A DNA stretch of 64,000 nt from positions 69,998,001 through 70,062,000 of the forward strand of contig OX597825.1 in assembly GCA_951406725.2 (NCBI GenBank), in the 5' to 3' direction. The position numbers were made by a program, and so were the translations under genes. The notes under the pieces are model-generated. The model had not been told where the DNA came from, made no database searches, and saw only the letters and a program-made list of their open reading frames with translations. This stretch comes from Octopus vulgaris (lineage: Eukaryota). Positions 1-12,589 of the stretch are shown piece after piece. Each line of letters starts with the position of its first letter. Position 1 is the stretch's first letter.

Positions 1-30
1 ACACAAACACACACACACGTATATATATAA

Positions 31-240
31 CGGGAAGCTTTATGAAAATAAACAAAAGACGAAGGCAGGTGGAAAACAAACGAACAATTGTATTAGTATG
101 GCGCTCAGGAAATATAAATAAAACAAGTCTTTAACGTTTCGAGCCTACGCTCTTCAACAGAAAGATACACAGAGAGAGAAAAACACAGAAAGAAGGAGAG
201 AAAAAAAATGCGTGCAGTAGCTAACGAATCAACATGGCGA
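31..240 (-). mobile_element. Penelope-like terminal module carrying a hammerhead motif
   Basis: Lies between TA tracts, shares GCGCTCAGGA and the hammerhead layout with the modules at 7540, 18510 and 55541. Confidence 0.55.
128..165 (-). ncRNA. Minimal type I hammerhead ribozyme motif (one core mismatch)
   Basis: Minus strand TCTTT-CTGTTGA-A-GAGC gtag GCTC-GAAAC-GTT-AAAGA; stem I TCTTT/AAAGA, stem II GAGC/GCTC. Confidence 0.6.
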
Positions 241-264
241 TCTATATATATATATATACATATA

Positions 265-429
265 TACGACGGGTTTCTTTCAGTTTCCGTCTACCAAATC
301 CACTCACAAGGCTTTGGTCGGCCCGAGGCTATAGTAGAAGACACTTGCCCAAGGTGCCACGCAGTGGGACTGAACCCGGAACTATGTGGATGGTAAACAA
401 GCTACTTACCACACAGCCACTCCTGCGCC
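265..429 (-). mobile_element. SINE family A, 5' half (tRNA head plus CORE-like segment)
   Basis: A-box TGGCTGTGTGG, B-box GGTTCAGTCCC and GCACCTTGGGCAAGTGTCTT; near-identical to other copies in the window. Confidence 0.9.
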
Positions 430-575
430 TATATGGATTTTTGACCAAATGAGACGTAATAGAATCGAACACCGGATCACGTGGTTGAGAGAATAAACCC
501 AACCCTACTAAAAAATAGTACCCGGACGTCTGTATTTAAGATGAGCTCTTTATATCGTATTGTAACCGACCCCTA

Positions 576-939
576 AAGCGGCGAGCTGACAGAAACGTTA
601 GTACGCCGGGCGAAATGCGTAGCCGTATTTCGTTTGCCGTTACGTTCGGAGTTCAAATACCGCCAAGGTCGACTTTGTTAGGCACTGGGGTCGATATAAG
701 CGACGTAATCCGTTTGTCTGTCCTTGTTTGTCCTCTCTGTGTTTAGCCCCTTGTGGGTAGTAAAGAAATAGGTATTTCGTCTGTGTTTACGTTCGGAGAT
801 CAAACTGCGCCGAGCTCGACTTTGCCTTTCATCATTTCGGGGTCGATAAATTAAGTACCAGTTCCGTACTGGGGTCGATCTAATCGAGAGGTCCCCTTCC
901 CCAAAATTTCGGGCCTTTTGCCTAGAGCAGAAACGATTA
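576..939 (+). mobile_element. SINE family B with internal tandem unit and target-site duplication
   Basis: GCGGCGAGCTGACAGAAACGTTAG head, B-box GAGTTCAAATACC, GCCTTTCATC...GGGGTCGATAAATTAAGTACCAG body; TSD TAACCGACCCCTA at 563-575 and 940-952. Confidence 0.9.
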
Positions 940-1694
940 TAACCGACCCCTAGCTGCTCAGTGTCCCTTGTGAACACGCTATCTTGAGAGTTTAATGCAC
1001 TTAAGAGCCGAAGCTTAAACGGAAGAATTGTCACGCACTGAGCGGATCGCGTCATACGAGTGTGTATATGTGTATGTGTGTGCGTGTGTTTGTGTGTATG
1101 CGTGTGTGTGCATTTTGTATGTATGTGTGTTCACATATATGCTTACACTTATGAATTCATATATGTATGTATGTGTATATGTGAGCGCGCGCGCATGTGA
1201 AATGACATCTCAAAAGTTTTTTTCATCATTCCACTAACAAAGTTGAAGGATTTGCTTTCCAAAACCAAATATAGAATCAAATAAAATTTCATTAAGCTTC
1301 ATCCTTGAATCTCTCACCTTCCTTTAAATCCTTTATTTTCAATTAACCGAAATCAATACTGAAAATAAGTTTTTACTAAAATACCTTTGATGTAATTCCT
1401 CCTTTTGTGTATGAGTACCAGTGTGTGTATGTGTATGTGTGCGTGAGTGTGTGTATGTGTGAGTGGCATCTTTTTCTTTCATTCTACATTTATCTTTATA
1501 TTTATATCCAAGATAATTCCACAACAAACATACGTATCCGATTTATTTTCTCATTCACTGTTTGCTATTTTCTTTTGCTTTCCCTTCGCCCTCATCACCC
1601 TACAGCCCCCCCCCCCTCACACTATCACTCGCTCCCTTGCTGTCTACGTATGTTTGTCGCCCTCCTGCATCATCTCCGTCTCTCTTATAAACAC

Positions 1695-1711
1695 TATCTA
1701 TCTATCCACCT

Positions 1712-1769
<58 letters not shown>

Positions 1770-1807
1770 CTTTCACTCTCTCTCTCTCTGTCTCTATCTG
1801 TGTGTGT

Positions 1808-1867
<60 letters not shown>
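1695..1867. repeat. Compound microsatellite (TATC)n-(TC)n-(TG)n-(TC)n-(TA)n
   Basis: Directly visible. Confidence 0.97.
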
Positions 1868-1869
<2 letters not shown>

Positions 1870-2238
1870 TCTTACTCTTTTACTTGTTTCAGTCATTTGA
1901 CTGGCCATGCTGGAGCACCGCCTTTAGTCAAGCAAATCGACCCCAGGACTCATTCTTTGTAAGCCTAATATTGCCGAACCGCTAAGTTACTGGGACGTAA
2001 ACACACCAGCATCGGTTGTCAAGCGATGTTGGTGGGGGGACAAACACACACACATACACACACACATATATACATATATACGACGGGCTTCTTTCAGTTT
2101 CCGTCTACCAAATCCACTCACAAAGCTTTGGTCGGCCTGAGGCTATAGTAGAAAATGCTTGCGCAAGGTGCCACGAAGTGGGACTGAACCCGGAACCATT
2201 TGGTTCGTAAGCAAGCTACTTAACACACAGCCACTCCT
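1868..2238 (-). mobile_element. SINE family A, near full length
   Basis: tRNA head, central CA/TA microsatellite and tail GGCGGTGCTCCAGCATGGCC..CAGTCAAATGACTGAAAC on the minus strand. Confidence 0.92.
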
Positions 2239-2257
2239 ATATATATATATATATATA

Positions 2258-3123
2258 TGGCTGATGTACCCGGTAATTCCCGGGAAAGCGGGGCTTATCC
2301 CTTGGTTCCGTTCACATAATTCTTTCGTTAATCCAATAACAACAATACAGAGTATGTAGCCCTTAAAACGGTTTTTGCGCATTTACAGAGAATACCGAAC
2401 TGTCTTACACAGGATTTTGTTATTAGGAATTCCCAATAAGTTATGAATACCTAAATTGTGAAGTCAGGTATGTAATAACTTGAAATCAGTTAACTGATAG
2501 AAAGAATTGAAATAAAGTAGCCCTGAAAAAGGATTTAATGCGTTTCCAGAGTATATAGAACATGGGAGGAAATACTAATAAGGTATGTATACTAAAATCG
2601 TGAATCATGTTATGTAATAACAGGCTAATCAGATATGAGATAGTAACAATTCAAAGAAAATAAGTCTGAAAAGGGCTTCTGTGCATTTCCAGAGAATATT
2701 AAGCTCAGAGGCGTTAGTGTTGGTATATTCGTGAATAAATCACCAACCGAAATAAGTGGATCTATTGTTTAGGAAAATACTATTTACTTGTTTAAAGGTT
2801 GTACTGGATAAATTGCGAAAATAACTCTAACAGTTCAAATACTAAGAAACAAACATGCTCAATTTCATTTTTGCGAAATACTATAGGAATTTGAATGGGT
2901 TATTTCCCTTGGTTTTTAAATTGAAATATATTAGATATATATAAGGATCCCTTCCAGGGGCCCTATTATCGATTTCTTTTTCAACAATCTGAGTATGCCA
3001 TAACGTTTCCAGACATGAGTTCTACTCACGTGTCAAGTTTCATCAAAATCGATAAAACGATGCCGGATGAGTTAGCTAACAACTCCACAAATACACCCAC
3101 GGACAGAATTTCTCACATATGTA

Positions 3124-3130
<7 letters not shown>
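2258..3130 (-). mobile_element. Probable non-autonomous Helitron-like element
   Basis: Left-end hairpin CCCGG-taatt-CCCGGG; right end AAGTTTCATCAAAATCG...ACGGACAGA resembles Helitron-derived short elements; sits between TA tracts. Confidence 0.5.
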
Positions 3131-3164
<34 letters not shown>

Positions 3165-3166
<2 letters not shown>

Positions 3167-3327
3167 CGCAGGAGTGGCTGAGTGGTAAGTAACTTGCTTA
3201 CCAACCACATGGTTCTCGGTTCAGTCCCACTGCGTGGTACCTTGGGCAAGTGTCTTCTACTATAGCTTCGGGCCGACCAAAGCCTTGTGAGTCGATTTGG
3301 TAGACGGAAACTGAAAAAAGCCCGTCG

Positions 3328-3420
<93 letters not shown>

Positions 3421-3620
3421 ATGCATGTGTGTGTGTATGTGTGAGTATATGTTTGAGTGTCTGCGTTTGTCACCCCACCATCACTTGACAACTGATGCTG
3501 GTGTGTTTACGTCTCCATAACGTAGGCTAACAAAAAATAAGTCCTGGGGTTGATTTGCTCGACTAAAGGCGGTGATCCAGTATGGCCGCAGTCAAATGAC
3601 TGAAACAATTAAAAGAGAAA
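3165..3620 (+). mobile_element. SINE family A, full length with expanded (TA)n(TG)n core
   Basis: GGCGCAGGAGTGGCTG head through GGCCGCAGTCAAATGACTGAAAC tail. Confidence 0.92.
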
Positions 3621-4148
3621 ACGAGAAATATACATCCATATTTACATACATAGACAATAATCGTAACAAATTTAAACAATCAGTAATGTAGAACAAATAA
3701 AAAAAAAGCTGTAAATGCACAGAGAATGAGTTATTTAAATTCTGAAATGTGTGTGTGTGTGTGTGAACATATATATATATACATATAAAGAGAAAGAGAG
3801 AGAGATTGTTTGTGTATGCATGTTAAGAGATGAGGTCCAGAGATGTTCAATACAGAAAGCACTTCTAACGCTGAAATGTTTTAAACTTACACTTCAAGAT
3901 CCTTACCGAGGACTAAGTCCGCAGGGTAAAATTGGCTATAAGAGGAATCCAAGTAAGGTGATACGAAGATAACGATGCAAATAAGCGAATAAACAAGCAT
4001 TTGCTTGATATAAAATAACATACATACATGTATACATCAAATAGAGAGAAACAAAGACAATATATACAGACAAAAACATACATTTATAAATATATAGTTA
4101 TTTATAATGATAAATCTCAGAGCGAGTTATAAACAGTAGCGGTAACAC

Positions 4149-4372
4149 ATCGTGACGCATATTTGCCATTTGAATATGGCTAACCCCTAAGGGTGGATGC
4201 TACTGTAGTTTGTAGCCCCAGGAAGATACCTCCTCCAGCTGGCTATAGACACACTTTCTGTGCCCTATCGGTATTTGTGAAGGGCATCCTTCCTGTCTTC
4301 AACTTATGATACACACGGACTCGAGTTTCAAGGTATTTACCTATCATTCAAATGGCAAATATGCGTCACGAT
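4149..4372. mobile_element. MITE-like element with perfect 27-bp terminal inverted repeats
   Basis: ATCGTGACGCATATTTGCCATTTGAAT (4149-4175) is the exact reverse complement of 4346-4372. Confidence 0.75.
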
Positions 4373-4636
4373 AGTTATTTATAGATATTTATATATTAAC
4401 AGCAGATTTACACAGAATACAAAGGCACAGCAAACTAATGCGAAGAGGTAAGTTAATACTGGTCGAACGTTATAATGTTGGCATTATTATGCCAATAATA
4501 TGCAACAAGTAGTAGATGCATGTAAACATTGCTCTAAATCCAGCCACCTTCTTCAGGGTTGAGCGACTGGTATAAATATGTGTGTGTTTGAGTGTAGTAT
4601 AAATATGTGTTTGAGTCGTATAAATGTGTGTGTTTG

Positions 4637-4699
<63 letters not shown>

Positions 4700-4839
4700 T
4701 GTGTGTGCTTGTTACACATTATAAATGGTTTAAAAGTAACATTTCTTTTTCAACTATTTGTGACTACATTTTGACTAAATACGATAGCAACTGCTCATAA
4801 CGCTACTGTACACAACTCTTAATTTGGACCTTTGAAATA

Positions 4840-4876
4840 CCAGCAGAAAGACCGCCCTCGGGCGGTGTTCTGCTAG
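4840..4876 (-). other. Candidate Helitron 3' terminal hairpin
   Basis: ACCGCCC-ga-GGGCGGT hairpin followed on the minus strand by CTGG|T (CTRR|T), downstream of the minus-strand helicase remnant. Confidence 0.5.
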
Positions 4877-5079
4877 CCAATCGATAATATTTCCACATTT
4901 GATTCCCAATTATGATCATTTTAATGATATCTTATGTCTAATTATTTCTTTGTATAAAGTGCTCACTTGCTTAGTAAGTGTTGCTTTCATTGTTTTATCT
5001 GTCATAATCTCTCTTTTTGAAAGAGTCAATCTGTTATATTTATCATTAATAATTGGTAGAACTTATATAGGTGTGCATA

Positions 5080-5114
5080 GACAGACAGACAGACATACAT
5101 ACAGACAGACAGAC

Positions 5115-5198
<84 letters not shown>

Positions 5199-5265
5199 GA
5201 ATGAATGGATGGATGGAATGATGGATGGATGGAATGATGGATAGATGGACCAATCGATCGATCGA
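5080..5265. repeat. (GACA)n-(GATA)n-(GATG)n microsatellite
   Basis: Directly visible. Confidence 0.97.
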
Positions 5266-5529
5266 TACACCCCTCCACACACGCAGAAGTCTGGTGCTGT
5301 GTGAACACATGGGAATAGCGTCTCCTTTTTCAAATATACCCAAATGTAAAATGATCTAATATAACGATATCATTCACTCGGCATGTGTTGAAATATGACA
5401 ATATATGTTACGTTACATATAACTTATGTGTTAATTCTCTTTACTGAAACCTGTTAAAAAGCCTATTTTGCTTAAAAGTAGTAACTCCTTGTAGACACAG
5501 AGGTCAGTAATTATACTGTTTCCTTTTGT

Positions 5530-6590
5530 CCCAGCCAATATTTTTACATTAGCCTTCTTTCGAACTCTTGATAATGCCACATACAGCTGACCATGTGAGA
5601 AGAATTGTCTCGGAAACTATATTCCAATTTGTTCAAAAGTCTTTCCCTGTGCCTTGTTGCACGCCAAGGCAAGAGCTGGCTTGACAGGAAATAGCTTGTG
5701 TGTAAAGAAGCTTGAGAGGCGGTTGGATGGAACCTACACTCGCCTCCTTATGAGAGCTCAAAATCTCTCGTGGAAGCGCCATCCAACCAAAATGCAAATA
5801 TATGGGAAACTACCACCTGTGTCATCTCTTGTGAAAGGTAGGAGAGTCCAGTTTGCTGGACATTGTTGTAGAGCTGAAAAAGAAGTAATTTCTACTCTTC
5901 TCCTCTGGAAGCCATCTACTCGCAATACCAGAGGGCGCACACTCTCCTACCCTGATGTAATCTCCAGGGATACAGGCATCCAGCAACAGGACCTCCGTAA
6001 TGCCATGATGGACCGTGAAGTCTGGCGTAGCATGGTAAATTCCATTGTCTCGACCACGGTCGAACAATGATGAATGATGATGATTGTGTGTAAATGTGAA
6101 TGGAAATTCCATTTCTGGAGATACATGTGGTATTCATGGGATTAGCAGAGTTGATCCTGCATAAGGATCAGAAGCAACCTCAGCCTCAGTAACCTGATCA
6201 TATAAACTGACAATGATCTAGCGTGTGCCATTGCAATGTCCATTAGTAGTATCTAAATTTCTCAGAAGCATTGTGCATATTTTTTTCTTCAGTTTGATAA
6301 TGTGTGGTGGAAACCCTGATGGGTGTAAGTTTGTTGACGAACTCGATTAGGTAGAGTTTCATTATCAACAGTATCTGAGCTTCTGTATATTTTTAGCTCA
6401 CCAGGGATCCTGGTCAGTAGAAAATCATTCACAAATAGTGCTGCTTCATTTGTTGGAGTAACAATGGTATTATTTGCAAACTACACGGGGTTTGTGAAGT
6501 CATATTTGAGGCCAACATATACAAAATCACATAGATCAGAAAGAGTACCACTTTCAAGGCAAAGGTCATTGGGTAGTTTGTACTTAAAAA
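5530..6590 (-). pseudogene. Decayed Helitron Rep/Hel Pif1-family helicase C-terminal region, interrupted by an RTE insertion
   Basis: Manual minus-strand translation gives TPTNEAA..IPGELKIYRSSD..PSGFPPHIIKLK..MLLRNLD..HCNGTR..EFPFTFTHKLFPVKPALALACNKAQGKT..SHGQLYVALSRV (Pif1 helicase motifs), with stops and frameshifts. Confidence 0.88.
5707..6083 (+). mobile_element. 5'-truncated RTE-clade LINE (ORF C-terminus and TGA-repeat tail)
   Basis: LDGTYTRLLMRAQNLSWKRHPT..RRVQFAGHCCR..LLWKP..DREVWR, stop at 6070, (TGA)n tail, TSD TTGTGTGTAAA at 5696-5706 and 6084-6094. Confidence 0.92.
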
Positions 6591-7539
6591 AAAGAAACAG
6601 TTAAGCAAAACGTTACAAAATATTTTTGAAATTAAAAAAGAAAGTTAGAAATACATTCAATTAATTTCTCAAACAAATCACAATCTTCGTACCTCCTGCG
6701 CCACATAAATTCATAGGGATATGAATCTACCATAGAACGGTGCGTGTCACAGCGTCGTTTATTACCTCGATTCGCAGAGGCCCACGTACTCTCCACTGAG
6801 CGTGGATACCATCTTTCGGGTTAAAAATAAAGAGTAAACAACACGTCTTTTTAGTTTTAAGCATTCAATATATATTTAATGCGACAGCACGGACTTAAAA
6901 GATTTATATAGAAGCAAAATGTCACATTACAAATTAAATATTTAAAAACAGAAACATTTTGTTGACAAGTTCCTTGAAAACAAAAATTTAAAAAATCATT
7001 CAATCAATTTCTCGAACGTATCACAATTTGCATATCACCTGCACTACATAAATTCACATCCGCAATTGTCAACAGACAGGTAGAACAAGTGGTTTCAGTA
7101 TGTTTGTCATCACGTGTATTTTCGCAGACAAAAGAGTTCTCTTGTTCTGTTTGTTACTATGGAAACAGGCATGAATATATCTGTGGCTTACGATTAGCTA
7201 AAATTACCAAACTTTTCAAACTTTAATTGCTAATAGCTCTTTATTTATTGATTTATAGCGAAAATGATATTTACGTCATTCATTAACCTATAAAAATATA
7301 TCATTACACTGAATATAAAATCAATTAGAACAGAATTGATGCTGGCAGCCAAACCGATTAAAATATTTTGACACAAATTAAATTCAAATGTTGAAGTGAA
7401 TCTAACGATTTTTTTGTGTTTTTAAATGGTTTATAAACACCTTCTACGCTGCAATTGTTTTTGTTTCAGCACACGATTTCCGATCAAGTCACTTGCTATG
7501 CAAGAACATCTCCGTAATATATATGTATATATATATTCA

Positions 7540-7742
7540 ACATGTGACCGCGTGTGTACCGTTAGCGATTTTTTTCCTCCGTCTTCCCTTCTTTGGATCT
7601 TTCCTTTTCCTATGTTTCTGACAAAGAGTTCCGCTCGTAACGTTAAACTCTCCTTCTTTCTTTCTTTCCTGAGCGTCTAATAATACTATATTTGTTCCAC
7701 GCCCTCGCGTTGTGTTTTCTCTTTGTGTTTTCATGTTTGGAT

Positions 7743-7747
<5 letters not shown>
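7540..7747 (+). mobile_element. PLE-like terminal module with degenerate hammerhead (7614-7648)
   Basis: Reverse-complement homologue of 18510-18720; GTTT-CTGACAA-A-GAGTtccGCTC-GTAAC-GTT-AAAC; ends TTTGGATTAAC then (TA)n. Confidence 0.75.
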
Positions 7748-7840
<93 letters not shown>

Positions 7841-7849
7841 ACCACACAC

Positions 7850-8041
7850 GTGCATCTCTTGGACTTTTTTCCTCACCTGGATATTTTCTTTCTCCTATTT
7901 CTGATGAAGAGCCATATGCTATACCGTTATACACCTACTCTTCGTCCCTTGTTATACCGGGCGTTAACATAATACAATGATGCTTTCGTTTTGTTAGTTG
8001 TTGTTTTTAAATTCCCATTTCCTTACATATATCAATTTATG

Positions 8042-8097
<56 letters not shown>

Positions 8098-8260
8098 CCA
8101 CATACACAATTACATGTATATACATATATTCATGTATGTAGGCAAATGGAAATTAAAAAACAACAAATGACAAAAGGGAAAAGTCAGATATATTATGTTG
8201 ACGTTCGGTATAAGATGGGAAGAAGAGGTGTATGATGTATGCCTCTTCGTCAGAAATATA
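7850..8260. repeat. Inverted pair of related modules around a TA tract, each with a truncated hammerhead core
   Basis: 7981-8022 is reverse-complementary to 8141-8187; CTGATGAAGAGC at 7901 (+) and CTGACGAAGAGG near 8252 (-). Confidence 0.55.
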
Positions 8261-8269
8261 TATAAAAAC

Positions 8270-8600
<331 letters not shown>

Positions 8601-8948
8601 CAGAAACGAATAGGTGTGTTTGCATACTAAACAATTATGGAAGTTATTATCTAAAGTTATCGCATGAAACAACCGACATTAATGTCTCTAATACAAACGT
8701 AGGGAAATCAGAGTTTAGAAGCTGCGCGAAGACATAAATTGATTTTGTTTTGCTTCTTCACAGAATAGTTGTAGAGAAGCAACATTATTTTATACTTCCC
8801 TCGGCTACGATATTTTATTTTTATATTTACTGAACAAATACTATGAAGGTCGAATAGCCTACGTTATTTTCGTTTCTATTGAAATCTGTTGTTGAAATAT
8901 ATTTATCATTTGGTATGTTACAACACACTTTGACCTGTATATATTTAC

Positions 8949-9031
<83 letters not shown>

Positions 9032-9063
9032 AATCTATCTATCTATCTATATATATATATATA

Positions 9064-9228
9064 GTCGTAGGAGTAGCTGTGTGGTAAGTAGCTTGCTTAC
9101 CAACCATATGGTTCCGGGTTCAATCCCACTGCGTGGCACCTTGGGCAAGTGTCTTCTACTATAGCCTCGGCCCGACCAAAACTTTGCCAATGGATTTGGT
9201 AGAAGGAAATTGAAAGAAGCCCGTATAT
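9064..9228 (+). mobile_element. SINE family A, 5' half
   Basis: Matches family A head. Confidence 0.88.
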
Positions 9229-9408
9229 ACACTGCAGTTGTTTTCGTTCCAGCACACGATCTCAGATCAAATCACTCACTATGCAAGTACATCTCCGCGA
9301 TACCCTTAAAGCCAGGAACTTGTCAGCATCATAGCAATATACAAAGTAATTTTTGCGTGTGTATATACATGTGTATATACGTGTGTACGTATATATGGAG
9401 AGAGGTGC

Positions 9409-9485
<77 letters not shown>

Positions 9486-9519
9486 TACATATATACACAC
9501 ACACGCATATATATACGTG

Positions 9520-9670
9520 TGTGTGTGTGCAAAGGGCTTCTTTCAATTTCCGTCTACCAAATCTACTCACAAAGTTTAGTTGACCCGAAGCTTGTTCGAG
9601 GTACCCCGCAATGGAACGAAACCAAGAAACGCGGTTGTGGAGCAAAGCATCTTACCACACAGGCACGCAT
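9520..9670 (-). mobile_element. SINE family A, diverged 5' half
   Basis: GGGCTTCTTTCAATTTCCGTCTACCAAATCTACTCACAA..CTTACCACAC. Confidence 0.75.
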
Positions 9671-9779
9671 GCGCACACACTTCCATACACACATATACTT
9701 ATAAGGCATACATAGTTTTAGATTTATCATATTAATCCCCCCACAATACATATATATAGGTGAGTGTTTGTGTGTGTGT

Positions 9780-10075
<296 letters not shown>

Positions 10076-10349
10076 TTCCAGTAACTTTAATGTTGTTATG
10101 TTAAATATATTCAATACGACATTTATGTCAGAGAGATATCATAAACCTAACAAAGTGTTATAAAATGCGATGACATAAACCCTCACTATTGCAAACGTTG
10201 TCGGTTTAAATAAAAAGATATGTCATAAGCAGGAGATCACAACGTATTCTATTATATTCGACTAGCTTTATAGCGTAACCTAGAAACATGTAGCTTTGAG
10301 TTTCCGCAGTCCTACACAGCACATGATGCGTAAACACACACACACACAA

Positions 10350-10415
<66 letters not shown>

Positions 10416-11904
10416 GCATTCATCTTTATACACACACATATATTTGTATGTGCATATGTATGTATATATGTGTGTGTATGTGTATGTATGTTTATATGTC
10501 TGTATAGTATCTAACGAGAAGGCGCGTGGCTTAGTGGTTAAGGAAAGTTAAATTGATAGATAGTCATGGTTAGTGAGATACATAAACATGATATTTAGTC
10601 GTCAGTCGTTACAAGTGTGTCCTGATACGATAGTTTGTAATATGCTATGTAAAACGATGGAGGAATTTCAACCATGTTTCGTGGTCTGCTACCACAACAG
10701 CTCCTTTATAAGATCCAGTTAGCTCAAGACATCATTAGGGGGAACCACGTCCAGTTTCGACCCCTACTCTACTGTTTTGACGTGGCGCCCCCCTCTTTCG
10801 GAGGTGTCTTCAGCTCTGGTGTTGTCTTCTTTCTCCTTTCTTCTATTCCCTGACTTCTTTGATGTGGTTCCAAAGCGAGCGCCTTAACCACCAAGCTATT
10901 TTTGTGGCTAGAATGAAGCTGACTATTAAACATTTAAATAACTGTAGTGTTTCCAGTATTCTTTCACATTAATTATCCCGGGAGAAAATTAGGAGACAGC
11001 ATGTTCCATATACATATTTTTCATATTTTTTATATAATTCTTATACTGGTCTGCAAGATTGAAATATTTCATTCTTCCTCTTATTGGGTTCTTCTTTATA
11101 CGTTGTTTCTTTACGAATAAAAAGAAATTAAAAACAACAATGTTAACATGTAATTCGATTTTAATTTCATTAATATATTTGTTTTCTTCTGAGATGAACA
11201 TTTTTTCTAGTCCTACAGTGTTTTTTTTTTATTTAATCTGAAGTTCTATTCCCTCATCTATTTACAGATTCTCATTTAATTCTCTATAGATACCTCTTTT
11301 TACTATTATATTTTTTTTTTTACCGTTTTGAATAATTTAATTTCGTAGCGTTTTCGTGTGCCACTTTTCTAAGAATCTTCTCATCCTTTGAGATTTCTCT
11401 ATTTATTTCAATCGTATTCTTCTTATTTCTTTTATTTCTTGAAAAATTTTCTCCAACACTTCTGTTGAATGATTTCAATGGAATTTCTTTCTTAAGTGCT
11501 AGTTTACCATTTTTTTTTTTCTTAAACATTTGTATTTTCATACAATGTAGATCTGTCACGTCTTCTTAGATAAATTTGGTTATGTTTTCTGTCGCAGTAT
11601 TCATTGTTTAGTAATTGCTTTCTTTCAGTATGAATGGATATAATGGGCCATATATCTCAGTTGTGACTGAAGAAGATATATATTAGTTTTGTTTATCACG
11701 TATTATTCTTTATTATTCATGTCACAGAGCCATTGTTTTTATCACGCATTCCCTTTTATTTTGGACAATTTTACCTTTGGCAGATCTCTCTTCAGTTGGC
11801 AAAAAAATATCGTGTATTTGTCAGCAGAAATGTATCCTTCCTTCATTTCTCCCACTTTCTTCTACAAGTACGTCTATCATGTACAAAGTAGACTAGATAT
11901 CTAG

Positions 11905-12095
11905 ACTCGCTTCGCATCCATATGGTTTCGAGTTCAATCGGCATCTTTGACATGTGACTTCTACGATAACCCTAGCCAACCAATGTTTAGTGAGTGAATT
12001 CGGTAGATTTGGTAGCGGGAAACTGTGTGGAAGCCCATTGTATATATATATGTAGTGTTTCGAGTATTCTTTCACATTAATTATCCCGGGAGAAA

Positions 12096-12131
<36 letters not shown>

Positions 12132-12390
12132 TCGTACGTGCGTGTGTGTATGTGTGCGTGTATATGCGTGTGTGTGTGTCTTTGTGTTGGTCTTGTCTTT
12201 GCCCACCAGCAACATCATAACTTGATAGCCGGTGTTGGTTTGTTTGCGGAGTGGTTCAGCAAACGAGACTAATAGAATAAGTACCAGATTTAAAGTAACA
12301 TAAGTACTGGGATGAACTTATTTTGAATGAACCCTTCACGGTAACGCCCATGCCCCAGTATGGCCCGCGGTGCAAACTCTGAAACAAATG
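11905..12390 (+). mobile_element. SINE family A, old diverged copy
   Basis: GATTTGGTAGCGGGAAACTG..GAAGCCC, central TA/TG tract, ATAGAATAAGTACC, GCCCCAGTATGGCC tail. Confidence 0.7.
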
Positions 12391-12589
12391 ATAATATGTA
12401 TATGTGTGTTTACACATTACGTATTTACATTTAGCTACTTGACCTTCTAGAGATGATTGTTAAATCCAAATCTCCCTCAAATTACACTGTGTTGCTTTAA
12501 AGCCTAAATAGAAAATAAACATATTTGGTCTTAGATACAATATAGTCGAAAACTCCAATTGTATAGTGAAATAAAAACTAAATTTATTA

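Noticed and set aside
208-452. Recurrent peptide RRASFSFRLPNPLTRLWSARGYSRRHLPK as a gene family
   Set aside because: Antisense translation of SINE family A
3165-3240. SINE heads as tRNA genes (also 60220)
   Set aside because: A and B boxes are present, but there is no complete cloverleaf and each continues into a SINE body
10660-10820. Further hammerhead-like fragments (also near 14911, 31241, 39005 and 42400)
   Set aside because: Core incomplete or stems I/II do not pair convincingly, so not counted
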